64,000 nucleotides of DNA from Phallusia mammillata (taxonomy: Eukaryota). How positions within the stretch are numbered: the stretch's first letter is position 1; each line of letters opens with the position of its first letter. Under the pieces are notes generated by a model. That model was not told the origin of the DNA and made no database searches. It saw only the letters and a program-made list of their open reading frames with translations. The stretch lies in assembly GCA_965637545.1 (NCBI GenBank), contig OZ281497.1, forward strand, positions 14,446,001-14,510,000, read 5' to 3'. This document shows positions 1-12,643 of the stretch, piece by piece. Position numbers and translations under genes: made by a program.

Positions 1-520
1 ATGTTAGTTATTAATCCAAATTTGATCCTCCTGAAGTTTGACCCCGAATAACCCAGTGGTTCCAACAGGCCCCCAAAACATATTTTTTTAAAAACGGCTA
101 TACTTATTAAAGTACAGCATCTCTGAGTGATGTGCTTTGTTGTTTAGTGCAATATAAGGTATTTCAAAGAATTTTGTATATTTTTTTCGATTCACCCCTT
201 AAACCCCCAAATATTCATTTCTGTCTAACGCTGGTTTGTTAAATGCGTTTGGTCAAGAAAGAGTGCTTTAAACTTATTCAAATTTGGACAGATGTTAGTT
301 ATTAATCCAAATTTGATCCTCCTGAAGTTTGACCCCAAACGACCCAGCGGTTCACCCACAGCCCCCCAAAACGAAAAAAAATAAAATGGCTGTACTGACT
401 AAAGTACATAATCTGAGAGTTTCATGCTTTGTTGGTTGGTGCAATGTAAGGTATTCTAAAGAATTTTGTAACTTTTTATTGGATTCACTTATTTTACCCC
501 TTAAATCCCCAAATAATAAG
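1..520 (+). repeat. Diverged tandem repeat, ~291-bp unit (about 1.8 copies visible)
   Basis: ATGTTAGTTATTAATCCAAATTTGATCCTCCTGAAGTTTGACCCC occurs at 1 and again at 292, and similarity continues downstream with substitutions. Confidence 0.85.
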
Positions 521-1116
521 TTTTAGGCCAAAAATACAAGCCCTAATGTGCTGAAATGTTAAACAATTGTTTGTAGTAGGTTATTCGTTCAGTATTTAAA
601 ATTTTGCCTTAATCGGCCAAATAGTTACTTTTACAGCCCATAATATGTGTACACTGTCAAGTCAGATAGAAGTCTCAACTCTCAAGGGAGTAATTCACTT
701 GTTTACGATTAGGGCGGGTGAAGGCAGCAGCAGTACGCAGCTTGACGTCCAGGCGGACGTTTTACGAGACAGTCACGTCGGCAATTAGAAATCAGCTGTT
801 TTTGCGCAGCTATGCTATGTCGTTTTATTAATTTATCAAGCACATTTTCAGTTGTGGAAAATTGTGTTTAAAAACTGACCTTGAACGACAATATCAAGGT
901 CAAAGCATGAGATTAAATTAAAAAGTATTTTTCCCGTTCTTATTTACTGTTTTTTGTAATTATAATATGACAATAATGATGCAAAAAGAATACGGATAAA
1001 ACTTTTAAAGTTGGGTTATTGCTAATGTTGGTTAAGTTTTTTTCTTAAGAATCTAAAAATAACCAGGACGTTTGTTTACCGTAAATCCACACAAACGCGT
1101 GTGTGGGGACCCATTA
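1..1116. mobile_element. Helentron/HINE-like non-autonomous element (5' part outside window), upstream of the first visible NASP exon
   Basis: Ends in hairpin CCACACA-aacgcg-TGTGTGG (1087-1106) overlapping GGGGACCCAT (1105-1114), the same terminal motif as the element at 22768-23696; contains internal tandem repeats. Superfamily assignment is inference. Confidence 0.45.
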
Positions 1117-1255
1117 GTTTTTGCTTGCAAAAACAATCATATGTGTAGATCAAATGATGTGTATCGTAAATTGGTAAATATTGTATGGAATATATAAAAT
1201 GGAAGTATATAAGAAAGCCACCTTTCTAGTTAAATGTTTTTTTTGGTTATTACAG

Positions 1256-2850
1256 AAAAAAAAGAAGATGATGCAGGACCGAGTGAGCCAGAAAAAGATC
1301 AACCCAGCACAAAGGCTGAGGATGAAGACCCAGAAGACATTCCTAACATGCAACTAGCCTGGGAAATGTTGGAGTTGGCCAAAGTTCTTTACCAGAAGTA
1401 GGCCAATAACATTTTCATGTCAATCAGGCCCTACACTTCTTTATTCGAAAAACTTTTCTCTTTAGGAAACCCAAGAGTAAAGAAAACAGCTTACATGTTG
1501 CACAATGTCATCTAAAACTGGGTGAACTTGGGTTGGAAATTGAAAACTATTCCCAAGCTATTGGTGACTTTCTTGAATGTCTTGTTTTGCACAAGGTATG
1601 TTGATTTTTAGTTGAACTGTTGTATATCACTGTGATAGAAAGCCAAACCAGATTTTGTTTTTTTGGCACTAAATATACACCACGAAAACAAGCTTTTACA
1701 AAATATTTCTTTTAGGAGTTGCTGGATAAACATGATCGTCGGTTGGCTGAAACCCATTACAGCTTAGGACTGGCATACAGCTTCCATCAACGTTATGACA
1801 ATGCACTTGAGCATTACAATGCAGCTCTTGGTGTTTTGGAAACCAGAATTGGTAAAACACACTAAAAAATGTTTTAATTGTGTCTGTATTTTAGCATGTA
1901 AAATTTAGACAGTTACACACATTTTCACATGCATAGACTTTCTGAATGAGCAAATTGATGAAAATGATCGAAAGAAAGAGAAAAGTGAAGAAACCATCCA
2001 GGAATGTGCGGAAGTTGGAGAAATCAACCAATTGATTCCAGACATTAACTCCAAGGTACTTTTGTATTGCATAATTTTAATTTTTTTGGTCACATTTAAG
2101 TCCTTGCACACATCTTGTACTCTGGTAAAAAAAAAACTGACCAACTCGATGGCAGATAGAGGATGTAATGTTAATGAAGAAACAAGAGGGAAGAATGGCT
2201 GGTTCTCCATTTCGACAACCATCTGCTCTTGGTGAAACATCAACTGGATTTGGAGCTTCACCTGCTGACAAAGTTTGTGCTGTGGTGAGTCATAAGATAT
2301 AATTGGTTTTTGATTAGGATTTTCGGTTACATTTCTTCATGGTTCAGATTCCTATTCGAAAAGCTTCTGACAGTGTAGCAACGCCACCTGGTGGACAGGC
2401 TGCAAGTGACATCAGCCATTTGGTTCGACGAAAGGTGGTGCGATGTTTCCCTGTGTGGTGCTTGCAGACATACCTTGTGATAACTGATTGTTGTTTTAGC
2501 GGGCTGCCCCAGAAAATGAGCCATCCAGCGAAGGTGAAACTACAAGCCCTTCCAAAAAGATTAAGCGAGACACAGAAACAAATGGCACACATACAAATGG
2601 AACCAATGGGGCTGATGCATGCAATGGGGATGCACCAAAAGTGGGTAAAATTTTATCAAAACATTTTAGTATCACAGTCAGTTCCATAATTGAGTTTTTC
2701 AGTGAAGTAAGAATTCCACCAAAGTTTGTCAATTTTCTTTTACATAATGACCTTAAAACTTTAATGTTTTAGGTGGCCAAATCAGCTGCAGAATTAAAAG
2801 AAGACCTAAAGAAAGAAGCAAACAGCAATGGCATTGCAATGGAAAACTAA
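1256..2850 (+). CDS. NASP: Nuclear autoantigenic sperm protein (histone chaperone, SHNi-TPR), 3' exons only; 5' exons lie before the window
   Basis: Spliced exons give EDPEDIPNMQLAWEMLELAKVLYQK, HLKLGELGLEIENYSQAIGDFLECL, DRRLAETHYSLGLAY and DISHLVRRK; GT-AG introns; stop TAA 2848-2850. Confidence 0.9.
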
Positions 2851-3801
2851 ACCTGTACATTTTTGGTTGAATTGTTTTTGACTGTTTTTGTTCCTGTGTG
2901 AAAAGTTCTTGTTTTGTATTATTTTTTCTACACGATCATGACTAAAATGACTGCCTTACACACAAAATCATGTGCGGTTGTTTTTTAGAGGCAATGGAAA
3001 GGGCTGTTATTTTATTTTGAACCATGCAGGAAAGTATCAGTCACATGTGTGAAGTAGCTGTAAAATACATATTTCTGTTCTAAGCATATATTTGAACTTG
3101 ACCACCAATTGCATGCATGACCTAGTTTGGTGGTTCCCAGCAGGTTAAGCTTTCTCGATAAAAAAGGGCTTTTAACAGTGTTGAAACTGTCTGCTTATCA
3201 TCACTAGACAAATTTGCTTAGATGTTTGTTTATTTAAACACTTTTGAGCTACAAATATCCATCATTAATTTCGAATCGTTATTCATACACAGTTGCAACA
3301 AGCTAATCTATTCACATGCAACATGACAATAGAAGCTGTTACCACTGTCCAAAAATATAAACAAATGTGACAGCACAGCAAAGATTGGATAGCAAAAAGT
3401 TAAAACTCTAATAAAATCAAAACAATCTGAAGCAATTGCAACATAAAATTCGGATTTTGGTTGTTCACCTAAAACAGCATGCATTGCAGAAGCAGGGTAA
3501 AAACTACACTCAATGGTATAAACATTACACCACGAAAAATTGCAAATGAACAATAGAATAAATGGCACCAAACACTCAATTAAAGCTTCTCAACAGCAAT
3601 TAAAATAATTACAACCAACATGATGAATTGCAAGCACTACAAAAATATATACTTTGATCACAATGAAGTAAGCACATTGCAATCTGGAATGTTGGATCAA
3701 AGCACAGTGATACATTTGTTCAGTTGATTTAGGGATAAATTAATGCACAATAATGTGCCACAGCGCAGTTTGGTCAGTGATTACTTTTACCACTCATGCA
3801 G

Positions 3802-6149
3802 TTAATATGTTTGACGTGTATCCAACACAACCCCCCACACATCAAATATGAACTCCTGAGGAAAAGCGAAATCGCCAAGTTGGTCATTCAGGGCAGTCAG
3901 AAAATCATCGGGGTTCTTCTGTTCTTTTCCACATTCCCAAATGGTGCTTGCTGTGTGTGACAAAAAAAAAATGTCAGATGCAATTACTAGGCAAACTGAT
4001 GTTTCTACTTACAAAGTTCCATATCTCTGATTCCCAAAAAACTATCAAGGAGGTCATCAATTTTCCCAACTGCTTTCCCTTCTTTTTCCGTTGGCTGTGA
4101 GAAACACATATTTTAGGTTGTTTTTGAAGCACTGGTGTAATATATATTACAAAAAAGTACAAAAATTATGGGTAACTAAGTTTTCGCCGAGGAAATCAAA
4201 GCATAAGTACCAAAGCTTCAATAGTTGCTGGTCCCTTGGATCTTAGTCTCAAAGTTGATTTCCCAGTGCCAATATTACTTGAAGAAACAGGTGGTGCCTT
4301 GGCTGCTCCCCGTTGTGAAATCATATCTAATCAAATATGTAAATAATTTAATGATATTACATCATGTGGGATTTAAACTGCGACAGACAATCATTTACCA
4401 AAACCAGGGTAAACATATTGGTTAAATAATACATTGGATTGGATTTAAAACTGATATACTTTATTTGTGCACTGACCAAATGCCTTTTGTGGCTCCACAA
4501 GCACCATCTCAAAAGTAGTGTTAAGAGGAATTTCTTTCAGTTGCTTTGCGACTTGGAAGTGTCGACTTCCAACTGTCGATTGTCCACAAATTGATTGAAC
4601 ATGGTCCCCAACACATAAAGTTTTACACTGGTCTGCCACAGAATTTGGCTAAAATAGAACCATTGATTTAGGTATGCAAATTAGTACCAGGGAAATAAAG
4701 AATGTACTTTTATACGCTTAAGAAATGGATATCCTGCTCCATTGTCTGTTATAGTTAGTCCAAGAGCTGCTTCTGATTTTGTCAATGAAATGTTTTTCAC
4801 TTGTCCTGAAACAATATTATGGGGTTCATGGGTACAAAATTAACATTTATTTTAGACTATTTTTTCAAAGAATACCTTTTATGTGGGCAAAAATAAAGTC
4901 TTCCAGTCCAATCTGGCCACCCAACAGTCTGTCCATTTCACATTTATGTGTATTTAAAGTGCAAAAGATTATCTGAAACAACAATGGGCTTATGTGCATT
5001 GACTCATTAGCATAATGTTGTTATCCTGGTGTTATTAATAAACCTTACTTCTGAAACTGGAATGTTGAACGCCTTTGCGATTCTGCTGTACAGTTCACGA
5101 ATGTTGCTAAATCCTTCAATCCTTGCAGTGGGACTTCCATGAGCAAGCTATTATTTGAGCACAAATTTAAAAAATAATATATAGTTTAAAAAAATAATAA
5201 ATAGAAAGGGAGCTTTTATATACAGTGCCAGAATTTGTTAATGATTTACCACATTTGCCACTGAAACCATTCACCATACTTACATGTGATATGCATGTAT
5301 TTATATCTATATGTATTATACATTTGTCACCTATATTCATTTTTATACCTATCTTTATCCAGTACTTAACAACATTCAACAAATTGGTCCCCACACATGT
5401 GTACATGTATATAGGTAACAGTTTTAATATATAGAGAGTGATTGCTTTCATTTCGAAGGACAAATAAGTAGATAATATCAACCCAAACTTGAAACTTCAT
5501 TACCCCAAAAAATACTGTACTACTGATCTGTTTAAATTTAATTTCTAGCTTTGCCCGGGCTATTTTTGTCCAAAGTCTATGTTAAAACTCCTCACATAAA
5601 CCCAAATGGTAATACAGATCATGAAAAATTGATATGTCCTGTTTTGGGCAACAGGAAAACAAACATGACTGTATTCAATCCACTATACTTAAATCGTGTT
5701 GACAAGGAGCTCGTGAAAATGGTTAGAAGAATTCAACTCAAAGTTTCAAAATGCCTTAAAATATATTGCTATATATACATGAATCAGCAAAATATAAAAC
5801 TTGTGGGTCATATACTTAAGCAAGTGCAGCTTTTTTGAGATTTATTGTTTTGCAGGTAAGTGGGTGTACTGATGGGTTAACGGAAGAAGGGTCAGACAGC
5901 TTTCAATAACCTATCTACCTCTTTCTTCAAAAAATATGTGAAACAAGCTCATGTTAGACAGAAAAAAACTGATTGAAACAGTGTGTCTTCTTTTTACAAA
6001 TGTAGAACCAACAACAATACCTGTGCATGAAAAACAAGCTGTGGTTTTACTGATTCCGGTTCATTTCCATTGGTATTTTCATAACTTGGTGCAGGTTCTT
6101 TTACTGGATTTGCTTTCTTTCTTCGAAATGGATTACTAAATGGCATCAT
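3802..6149 (-). CDS. GIPC: GIPC PDZ-domain adaptor protein (multi-exon)
   Basis: Exons give [70 protein letters not shown] (PDZ), [12 protein letters not shown] and [16 protein letters not shown], all GIPC signatures. ATG at 6149 (or 6146), stop 3802-3804. Confidence 0.93.
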
Positions 6150-8128
6150 TTACTATGTATTTTTTGTTCAGGTTATTGGAACCTAAGCAGTAAGATACAA
6201 TTATATTTACAAAATATCAGAATTTTTTAAACATGCATCCAATATGAAGTTAAGTAGATAAGCAACATTGAAAGCACCTTAGAGGTTTGTAAGTGGGAAT
6301 AGTTAAAGTACAAGATTGTGCCAATGTTTAAATGTTTTACAGTTTGTTAAATAAATTAAGGCGAAAAAAAATTTTGTTGTTGTTTTAAAATGTTTTGGAA
6401 AACTTTGAAGCGTTATTACCCTGTGAGCTATGACTATGCTGGCAGTTATTACTACAGGGCCATTTTTTAGAAATAAAATAGTTGCATTAAATGCATTATA
6501 TAATACTTGGCTGTGTAATTGTTTTGTTTGTCTAAACATCATTTGTAAAATTCATATGAAGTGCTGGTTAGATTCCCAAATGTATATCTATTCCAGAAAC
6601 TCATATTATATACCACATGTTTGGAAACATTACATTTCCATGTTAAAATCTGTTAGCTTGAAATAAATGTTTTCTGCCTTTAGTTAGATTTATGTTAAAG
6701 TACACTAAGATTATCTGAAACTCACTTACACCAATGCTATAGTAAAGATGTCCAACAATAATGTGCAATATGTTTCAAAAACTTAGCAATGTCCTATAGG
6801 ATATACTAATGTTCCTTTTTGTTACCTATGATTTTAACTTATTAAGTGCATCCACAGTTCCAGTTGTAACTGTGCAAAATTAATGTCAGGGGTTACAACA
6901 CACAAAATTTTAAAAGATCGGATTTGTATTAATTCAGAACAAAACAGAAGATTTTATCACCACAAACTTATTAGTATTTTCGTGAAGGAAGGCACAAAGT
7001 ATACTACTTCTTTTCTAATCCAATTTGTTATAACTTGGACCTGTTGTCTAAAGTCGGACTTTTTTATCACAGCGAGAATCATAAGCGGACTGGCCTGAGA
7101 CCAGTTCAGGTTCAGGTACCCAAAACGCTTGTTGCGGCGATGAACATAGATAAGTAATGCTTTAAAAAAAGAAAAATTGCAATATAAAACTAACTCTCTT
7201 ACGCCCACAAATGGTTTATCCAATTTTGTCATAGATATCACCACTAGTACAGACTTTGTTGATAAAGCAGTGGTTTCTGCGTTCGTCTCTTAAAAACAAA
7301 AAAACTAGGTATTTTCTGGATTCAGGAAAAAACTTACAAAATTTATCCAAAATCAAATCTGAAAAAAAGAAACGAAACAATTTTAAATGACGTTGAAATG
7401 CGAGTTTATAACTTACAACGCAAATCTAAAACTAAAATTGGACCAATCAAAACAATAAACTACGTAAATATTGTCCGTTTACTTTAACCTGTAGACAACT
7501 AGACATAATGTGGAATCGTTAACAATCCGAAAACGGTATATCCCCCTCAGTCCTCATTCCATTGATCAGTTTGCTGCGTCACCTCGCAACACGATGGGTA
7601 GGTCAGTATACCTTAAACAAGAACAAAGGAGTTAAAGAAAATCATTTTAGCTAGATTTAGTAAGAAATCGGTTTGTTTTGGGTAATGGTTACGGATTAAA
7701 AAACGTTTGTTAAGTAAAGGCCAATTAGATAAATATGCGTAGTTGTTCGTAGCGTAGCGATGTAGACCGAGTCATGCAAGACATCACAAGATAACATTGA
7801 CCTTGTGCTAAGTCCAACCTTGTGTTTGCACTTTTTATTTTAATTACCAGTTGGTGACATTTAGTGTTGTTTGCTCATTATCTTGTTTGATAATAGTCTT
7901 TGTATAGTTTTGTTTTAAATTAGTCGTGTTTAGTTGACTATAGTTGTGCTTGAAATAGCGACTATAACAACAATACAAGACAGATAACAATAGATAAAAA
8001 TTGTATAATTTTTCCCAAAGACTCAACAATAAAAATTTTACCCACTAAACTTTTTGATTTCTACAGCAGTAAAATAATAATTTTGGATTATCTTAAAAGT
8101 TCCTGCTTTGTGTTTTTGAAACAACACA

Positions 8129-11100
8129 ATGAGTGAAACTGAATTAACACCAGAAGAGATTCGACAGAAACGCCTTGCTCGCTTGTCTAAAGGAAGGGAT
8201 GGGAGATCAAGTTTGTCCGTCTTGTCAAGTGATTCATCTAATGGTTCACAAGTGTCATGCTTATCACCAAAGCAAAAAATAGCACGGCCATCAGATGAGA
8301 ATGGTGACAGTGTTGAAATGGAAAGTGCATCTCTTCCCATCAGAATCACTGGTTCAGAAAGCAGTGATGTGCACATGGAGGTAGCTGACTCGGGTTCAGA
8401 CCTAATGTCAATTGAACAGCATTCTGCCACTGTCAGCATTAACAATGGTAATGCACAGCTTAGTTTGGACCTACTCAACAAAATACTTTCAGGCACTGCA
8501 CAAACAAAGTTTAAATCTATTTCTATTGAGGACATTCAGACACCAGCAGCTTTGTCAAGTTCTATTGCAAATGCCATAAATTGTCAAATGATGCATTTAT
8601 TAAGTGCATTACCACCATCTTCGGACAATGCCAATGATACAAAAAATGAACCCAGTGAAAGGATTGCAGCGTTTGACTATTTATTTAAATGCTATGAACA
8701 AGCTGCTTTGGCAAAGAAAAATGGAAATCCCAGCTTTGCTGATGAAATTTGCAGACAATGTGTGCACAATTGTATACTCCTGATAAAAGGATATTTTACT
8801 GTTCATTCTTGTAAGTCTATTGTGGCAAGTTTAGCAAATGCAATAATCCAACAAACCCTGCCAGTGGGCTTCTTAGTAGATTTGATTCACCAGGCCCAAA
8901 GTACAGAGGATTTGGAGCAAATTTTTGAGGATGTACTAAATGAAATTCGCTTACATGCTATTAATGCTACACTTGCAGAAGATGACTACCTATTGTCTCT
9001 TATGGCCTTGTCTGAATTGTGTAATGTGGTAAGCAAAGGAAACACAAGAGAAAGGCCTATCTGTACACTAATTGTAAACTTGAAACATTTTTTGCCTGTG
9101 ACTTTTTCGGAAGCTACAGGTTTAGAAATACAAAGGCTTTCTTACCTTGGTCCATTTTTGTCACTCTCTGTATTTGTTGAAGATGATGAAAAGGTTTGCA
9201 ACAAATATTTTAGCAATGACAATCTTACTGGAGAAAATGTCAAATTTTACCAAACCAATCTGCAGGGTCAGTTGGCCAAAGCAAGAGATGAGCAGTTTAA
9301 AGTTTTTCACAGTTTGCTGCTAAATGTTCAATCACGTGATTTTGCAATCCAGTACTTCTCTGCTGTTTTAAAAGCAAATGAGAAGTGGGCACAACTTCAT
9401 GCTGACCAAAAATTGTTGGCCAAACCAGGATTTATGATTAATGTTTTAAGCATATTACAAAAGTTGTCCCTCAAAGTTCAGGTTGCAAAAGTAGACCCAA
9501 TGTATATACACGGTGCAAATTCAAGGGTACAAATTTCAAGTGAGACTCGAATTAAAGCCACTTCAGATGATGTTGAGCAATGGCTGTCCCAACAGCACCC
9601 TGCAAACGACTCTCCAAAGTTTCTTACAGAATGCTTCTTTTTGACCATGCATGCTCACCATCTTTCAGTGTTGCCCTGTGCTCGAAATTTTTTGAGAAAA
9701 TTACGTGCAATTCATGATTTACATTCTGTTATATCAGAGGTGCAAGGCACCCAGGACAAATGGAAGAACACACCAGTGGAAAGCCGAAACAAAGCCATGC
9801 TTAAAAGATGCAAACAACAGCTGACAGTCTTAATGAGAGAAAAGACATGTTACACTATTGGTTTAGTTGATGACACCATGCTCAGTCAGTGTATTAACTA
9901 CTATACTTCATTTATTCAATATTTGATGCGTTTTGTTTATCCGGAACCAAATGTTCTGCCTTTGGCTGATGAAGTTAATGAAATGTTTGCAATGTTGCCT
10001 GAGTTCTATGTCGAAGATATTGCAGAAAACCTTTTGTTTGTTATTCAATATGCACCTGGGGCAATAGATGACCATTTTTCCCATGAGCTTGCTACATTTC
10101 TTGTGGTTTTTGTTTGTTCCCCAAACTATTTCAACAACCCCTATCTGGTTGCCAAACTAGTTGAAGTCATATTTGTTTTAAACCCAAATATCCAGCCTCG
10201 GGCAAGGCACATGTACGATATGCTGGAAAGTCATCCATATGCAATCAAGTATCTTGCTTCCTCATTGATGAAATTTTACACAGACATTGAAACAACCGGT
10301 AGCAGCAATGAGTTTTATGACAAGTTCAGCATCAGATATCACATTTCCATTATTTTCAAGAGTTTATGGCAAAATCCTCAATACCAGGATGCTATTATAG
10401 AAGAAAGCAGATCAGGTCATGAATTTGTGCGCTTTGTGAACATGCTGATTAATGATACAACTTTTCTTTTGGATGAAAGCTTGGACTCTTTGAAACAGAT
10501 TCATGAAGCCCAGGAAGCAATGAAAGACCAAGAAGCATGGAACAAGCAGTCACAAGAACAAAGGGCATCACGTGAAAGGCAACTACATCAAGATGAAAGA
10601 CAATGTAAATCATACCTCACATTAACAAATGAGACTCTTGATATGCTTCACTACCTAACTAAATTAATTCAAGCACCATTTTTACGTCCTGAACTTGGAG
10701 ACCGTTTGGCTGCTATGCTAAATATTAACTTGCAGCAACTTTGTGGCCCAAAATGCAAGGACCTCAAGGTTCGAAATCCAGAAAAATATGGGTTTGAGCC
10801 AAAAAAGTGGTTGGAGACCTTAACTGATGTTTATCTTCATCTTGATGGGCCTGAATTCATCAACTATGTGGCTAGTGATCAACGTTCATATAAAAAAGAA
10901 CTTTTCGACATTGCTATTGCAAGAATGGAGAAACTTGCCATTAAGAGCAGTTTTTCTATTGATCTCTTTCGGACTTTTGCAAATCAAACCCAAGCTCAAT
11001 TTCTAAAGATTAATAAAGCTGAAGTTGACTACGGAGATATTCCCGATCAATTTAAAGACCCATTGATGGACACCCTGATGAGAGATCCAGTACTTTTACC

Positions 11101-11278
11101 AAGCGGTCACATAATGGATCGCAATATAATTATGAGACATCTGTTAAACTCATCTACTGATCCATTTAACCGCCAGGAACTAAAAGAAGATATGCTTCAG
11201 CCAGTGCCAGAGTTACGCCAAAAAATAACTGACTGGATTGAAGAAAAGGAGTCCAAGATTTCAAACCCTGGGAACTAA
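8129..11278 (+). CDS. UBE4B: Ubiquitin conjugation factor E4 B (Ufd2 family, U-box), single exon, 1049 aa
   Basis: Uninterrupted ORF with N-terminal [11 protein letters not shown], Ufd2 core ([47 protein letters not shown]) and C-terminal U-box ([42 protein letters not shown]). Confidence 0.95.
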   Translation: MSETELTPEEIRQKRLARLSKGRDGRSSLSVLSSDSSNGSQVSCLSPKQKIARPSDENGDSVEMESASLPIRITGSESSDVHMEVADSGSDLMSIEQHSATVSINNGNAQLSLDLLNKILSGTAQTKFKSISIEDIQTPAALSSSIANAINCQMMHLLSALPPSSDNANDTKNEPSERIAAFDYLFKCYEQAALAKKNGNPSFADEICRQCVHNCILLIKGYFTVHSCKSIVASLANAIIQQTLPVGFLVDLIHQAQSTEDLEQIFEDVLNEIRLHAINATLAEDDYLLSLMALSELCNVVSKGNTRERPICTLIVNLKHFLPVTFSEATGLEIQRLSYLGPFLSLSVFVEDDEKVCNKYFSNDNLTGENVKFYQTNLQGQLAKARDEQFKVFHSLLLNVQSRDFAIQYFSAVLKANEKWAQLHADQKLLAKPGFMINVLSILQKLSLKVQVAKVDPMYIHGANSRVQISSETRIKATSDDVEQWLSQQHPANDSPKFLTECFFLTMHAHHLSVLPCARNFLRKLRAIHDLHSVISEVQGTQDKWKNTPVESRNKAMLKRCKQQLTVLMREKTCYTIGLVDDTMLSQCINYYTSFIQYLMRFVYPEPNVLPLADEVNEMFAMLPEFYVEDIAENLLFVIQYAPGAIDDHFSHELATFLVVFVCSPNYFNNPYLVAKLVEVIFVLNPNIQPRARHMYDMLESHPYAIKYLASSLMKFYTDIETTGSSNEFYDKFSIRYHISIIFKSLWQNPQYQDAIIEESRSGHEFVRFVNMLINDTTFLLDESLDSLKQIHEAQEAMKDQEAWNKQSQEQRASRERQLHQDERQCKSYLTLTNETLDMLHYLTKLIQAPFLRPELGDRLAAMLNINLQQLCGPKCKDLKVRNPEKYGFEPKKWLETLTDVYLHLDGPEFINYVASDQRSYKKELFDIAIARMEKLAIKSSFSIDLFRTFANQTQAQFLKINKAEVDYGDIPDQFKDPLMDTLMRDPVLLPSGHIMDRNIIMRHLLNSSTDPFNRQELKEDMLQPVPELRQKITDWIEEKESKISNPGN

Positions 11279-11679
11279 ACTAATTTGACCTCAAAGCTAT
11301 TTATTATGTTTGCTTGGTGTATGTAAGCTAAATTGATGTGTGTTAATGCTGCTACCATTCACTGTTTGTTTTATGTGATCATCAATTTGTGCATTTAAAA
11401 AACGGTTAATCCTAAATTGACGCTAAACTTTGGACTTTGCACTAAATGTACACACAATCAAATACTTTATAACTGCATGACTTTTTGTTGCTGTTACAAA
11501 ACTTGTTGCGCAAACATGACATAACATGTATGTCCCATGCTCTGCATCCGCGTGATAAAAGTCAATAGTTCATCAAAAATGTTTCGTTTTGTTGTTGTTT
11601 TTTACTTTAAATAAATGCTTTACTTAATCAGCTGTTTTTCCATCTATAGGGACTGTAATTTGTTTGTAACGCTAGTAAA

Positions 11680-12111
11680 ATGTCATGTAGACTCTGTAAA
11701 AAATGCCTGCTGCAAGTTTCCAAATTGCCAATTGTCAAGAGTGAAAAAACATTTTCAACAAAGTTTGTCCCAAATGCTCCTCAATGGAATGGGACACCAA
11801 AGGGATCACAAAAAAATCAAGAAATTACACAAGAGGAGCTATCAATGTTAGAAAATCTGTCACTTATCAGATTTAAACACTTACCAATAGAAGTTAAAGC
11901 ATTAGAAGATGCTATATATCATGCGAGTGTGTTGCAAGATATTCCTACTGAACATGTGAAACCTTTAACAAGTGTTCTTGAAGACATGCCTTTGTATCTG
12001 TCCAACGATGAAATTACTGTGGCACCTCATGAACATAATGTATTGTCAAATGCCAAAGAAATGTTTGAAGATTTTTTTGTTGCACCACCTGGAAATGTAG
12101 CACTCGAGTAA
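11680..12111 (+). CDS. GATC: Mitochondrial glutamyl-tRNA(Gln) amidotransferase subunit C, single exon
   Basis: 143-aa ORF with basic presequence-like N-terminus, LENLSLIRF, TEHVKPLTSVLED and C-terminal VLSNAKEMFEDFFVAPPGNVAL typical of GatC. Confidence 0.8.
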   Translation: MSCRLCKKCLLQVSKLPIVKSEKTFSTKFVPNAPQWNGTPKGSQKNQEITQEELSMLENLSLIRFKHLPIEVKALEDAIYHASVLQDIPTEHVKPLTSVLEDMPLYLSNDEITVAPHEHNVLSNAKEMFEDFFVAPPGNVALE

Positions 12112-12643
12112 AAAAATACAGAACTGTATTTGTTTATGTAAACTGCATTATATGATTAATATCTGTAGTTATTTGCAGATTTATCTTGAACATATGTTCC
12201 ATTTTTAAAATTTCTACCATTTTAAAATTTCTTACACATATTACGCAAACTCCGGTGTTAGCAATTTTTTCATACTGGGTCTGAACAATATTTTGTTTCT
12301 CAAATCAATTAAACAACAAGTACAGTTTATTTAAACTCAAAGTGGCATATTTTTACCCGAATAGGTGCACCTACACACGCACAATATGTTGTTTCTTCTT
12401 GACCCACTAACCAAACACCTATAGACTAGTACCGGGTATGCTTTGGCATTTACTGACATCTGACCTACTTTATATTTGCTCACATCTGACCTACTTTTAA
12501 CCTTGTGGTATGGCAGTTATGCTTATTTGAAAATATGCAGAAACAAGTTTTTTGTCACTTAAGTTTGGTATAAAATCCTTGTTTTTTAGGATTTATTTGG
12601 AAACAGTTTCTAAATGAAATAAAAACAAGTTAGGGAAAATGTC

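Noticed and set aside
7500-7612. Possible H/ACA snoRNA or selenoprotein (ATG GAA TGA) reading
   Set aside because: No canonical ANANNA H box; no selenoprotein motif or SECIS identified.
8038-8535. 165-aa minus-strand ORF
   Set aside because: Antisense shadow of the UBE4B N-terminal coding region; no recognisable motif.
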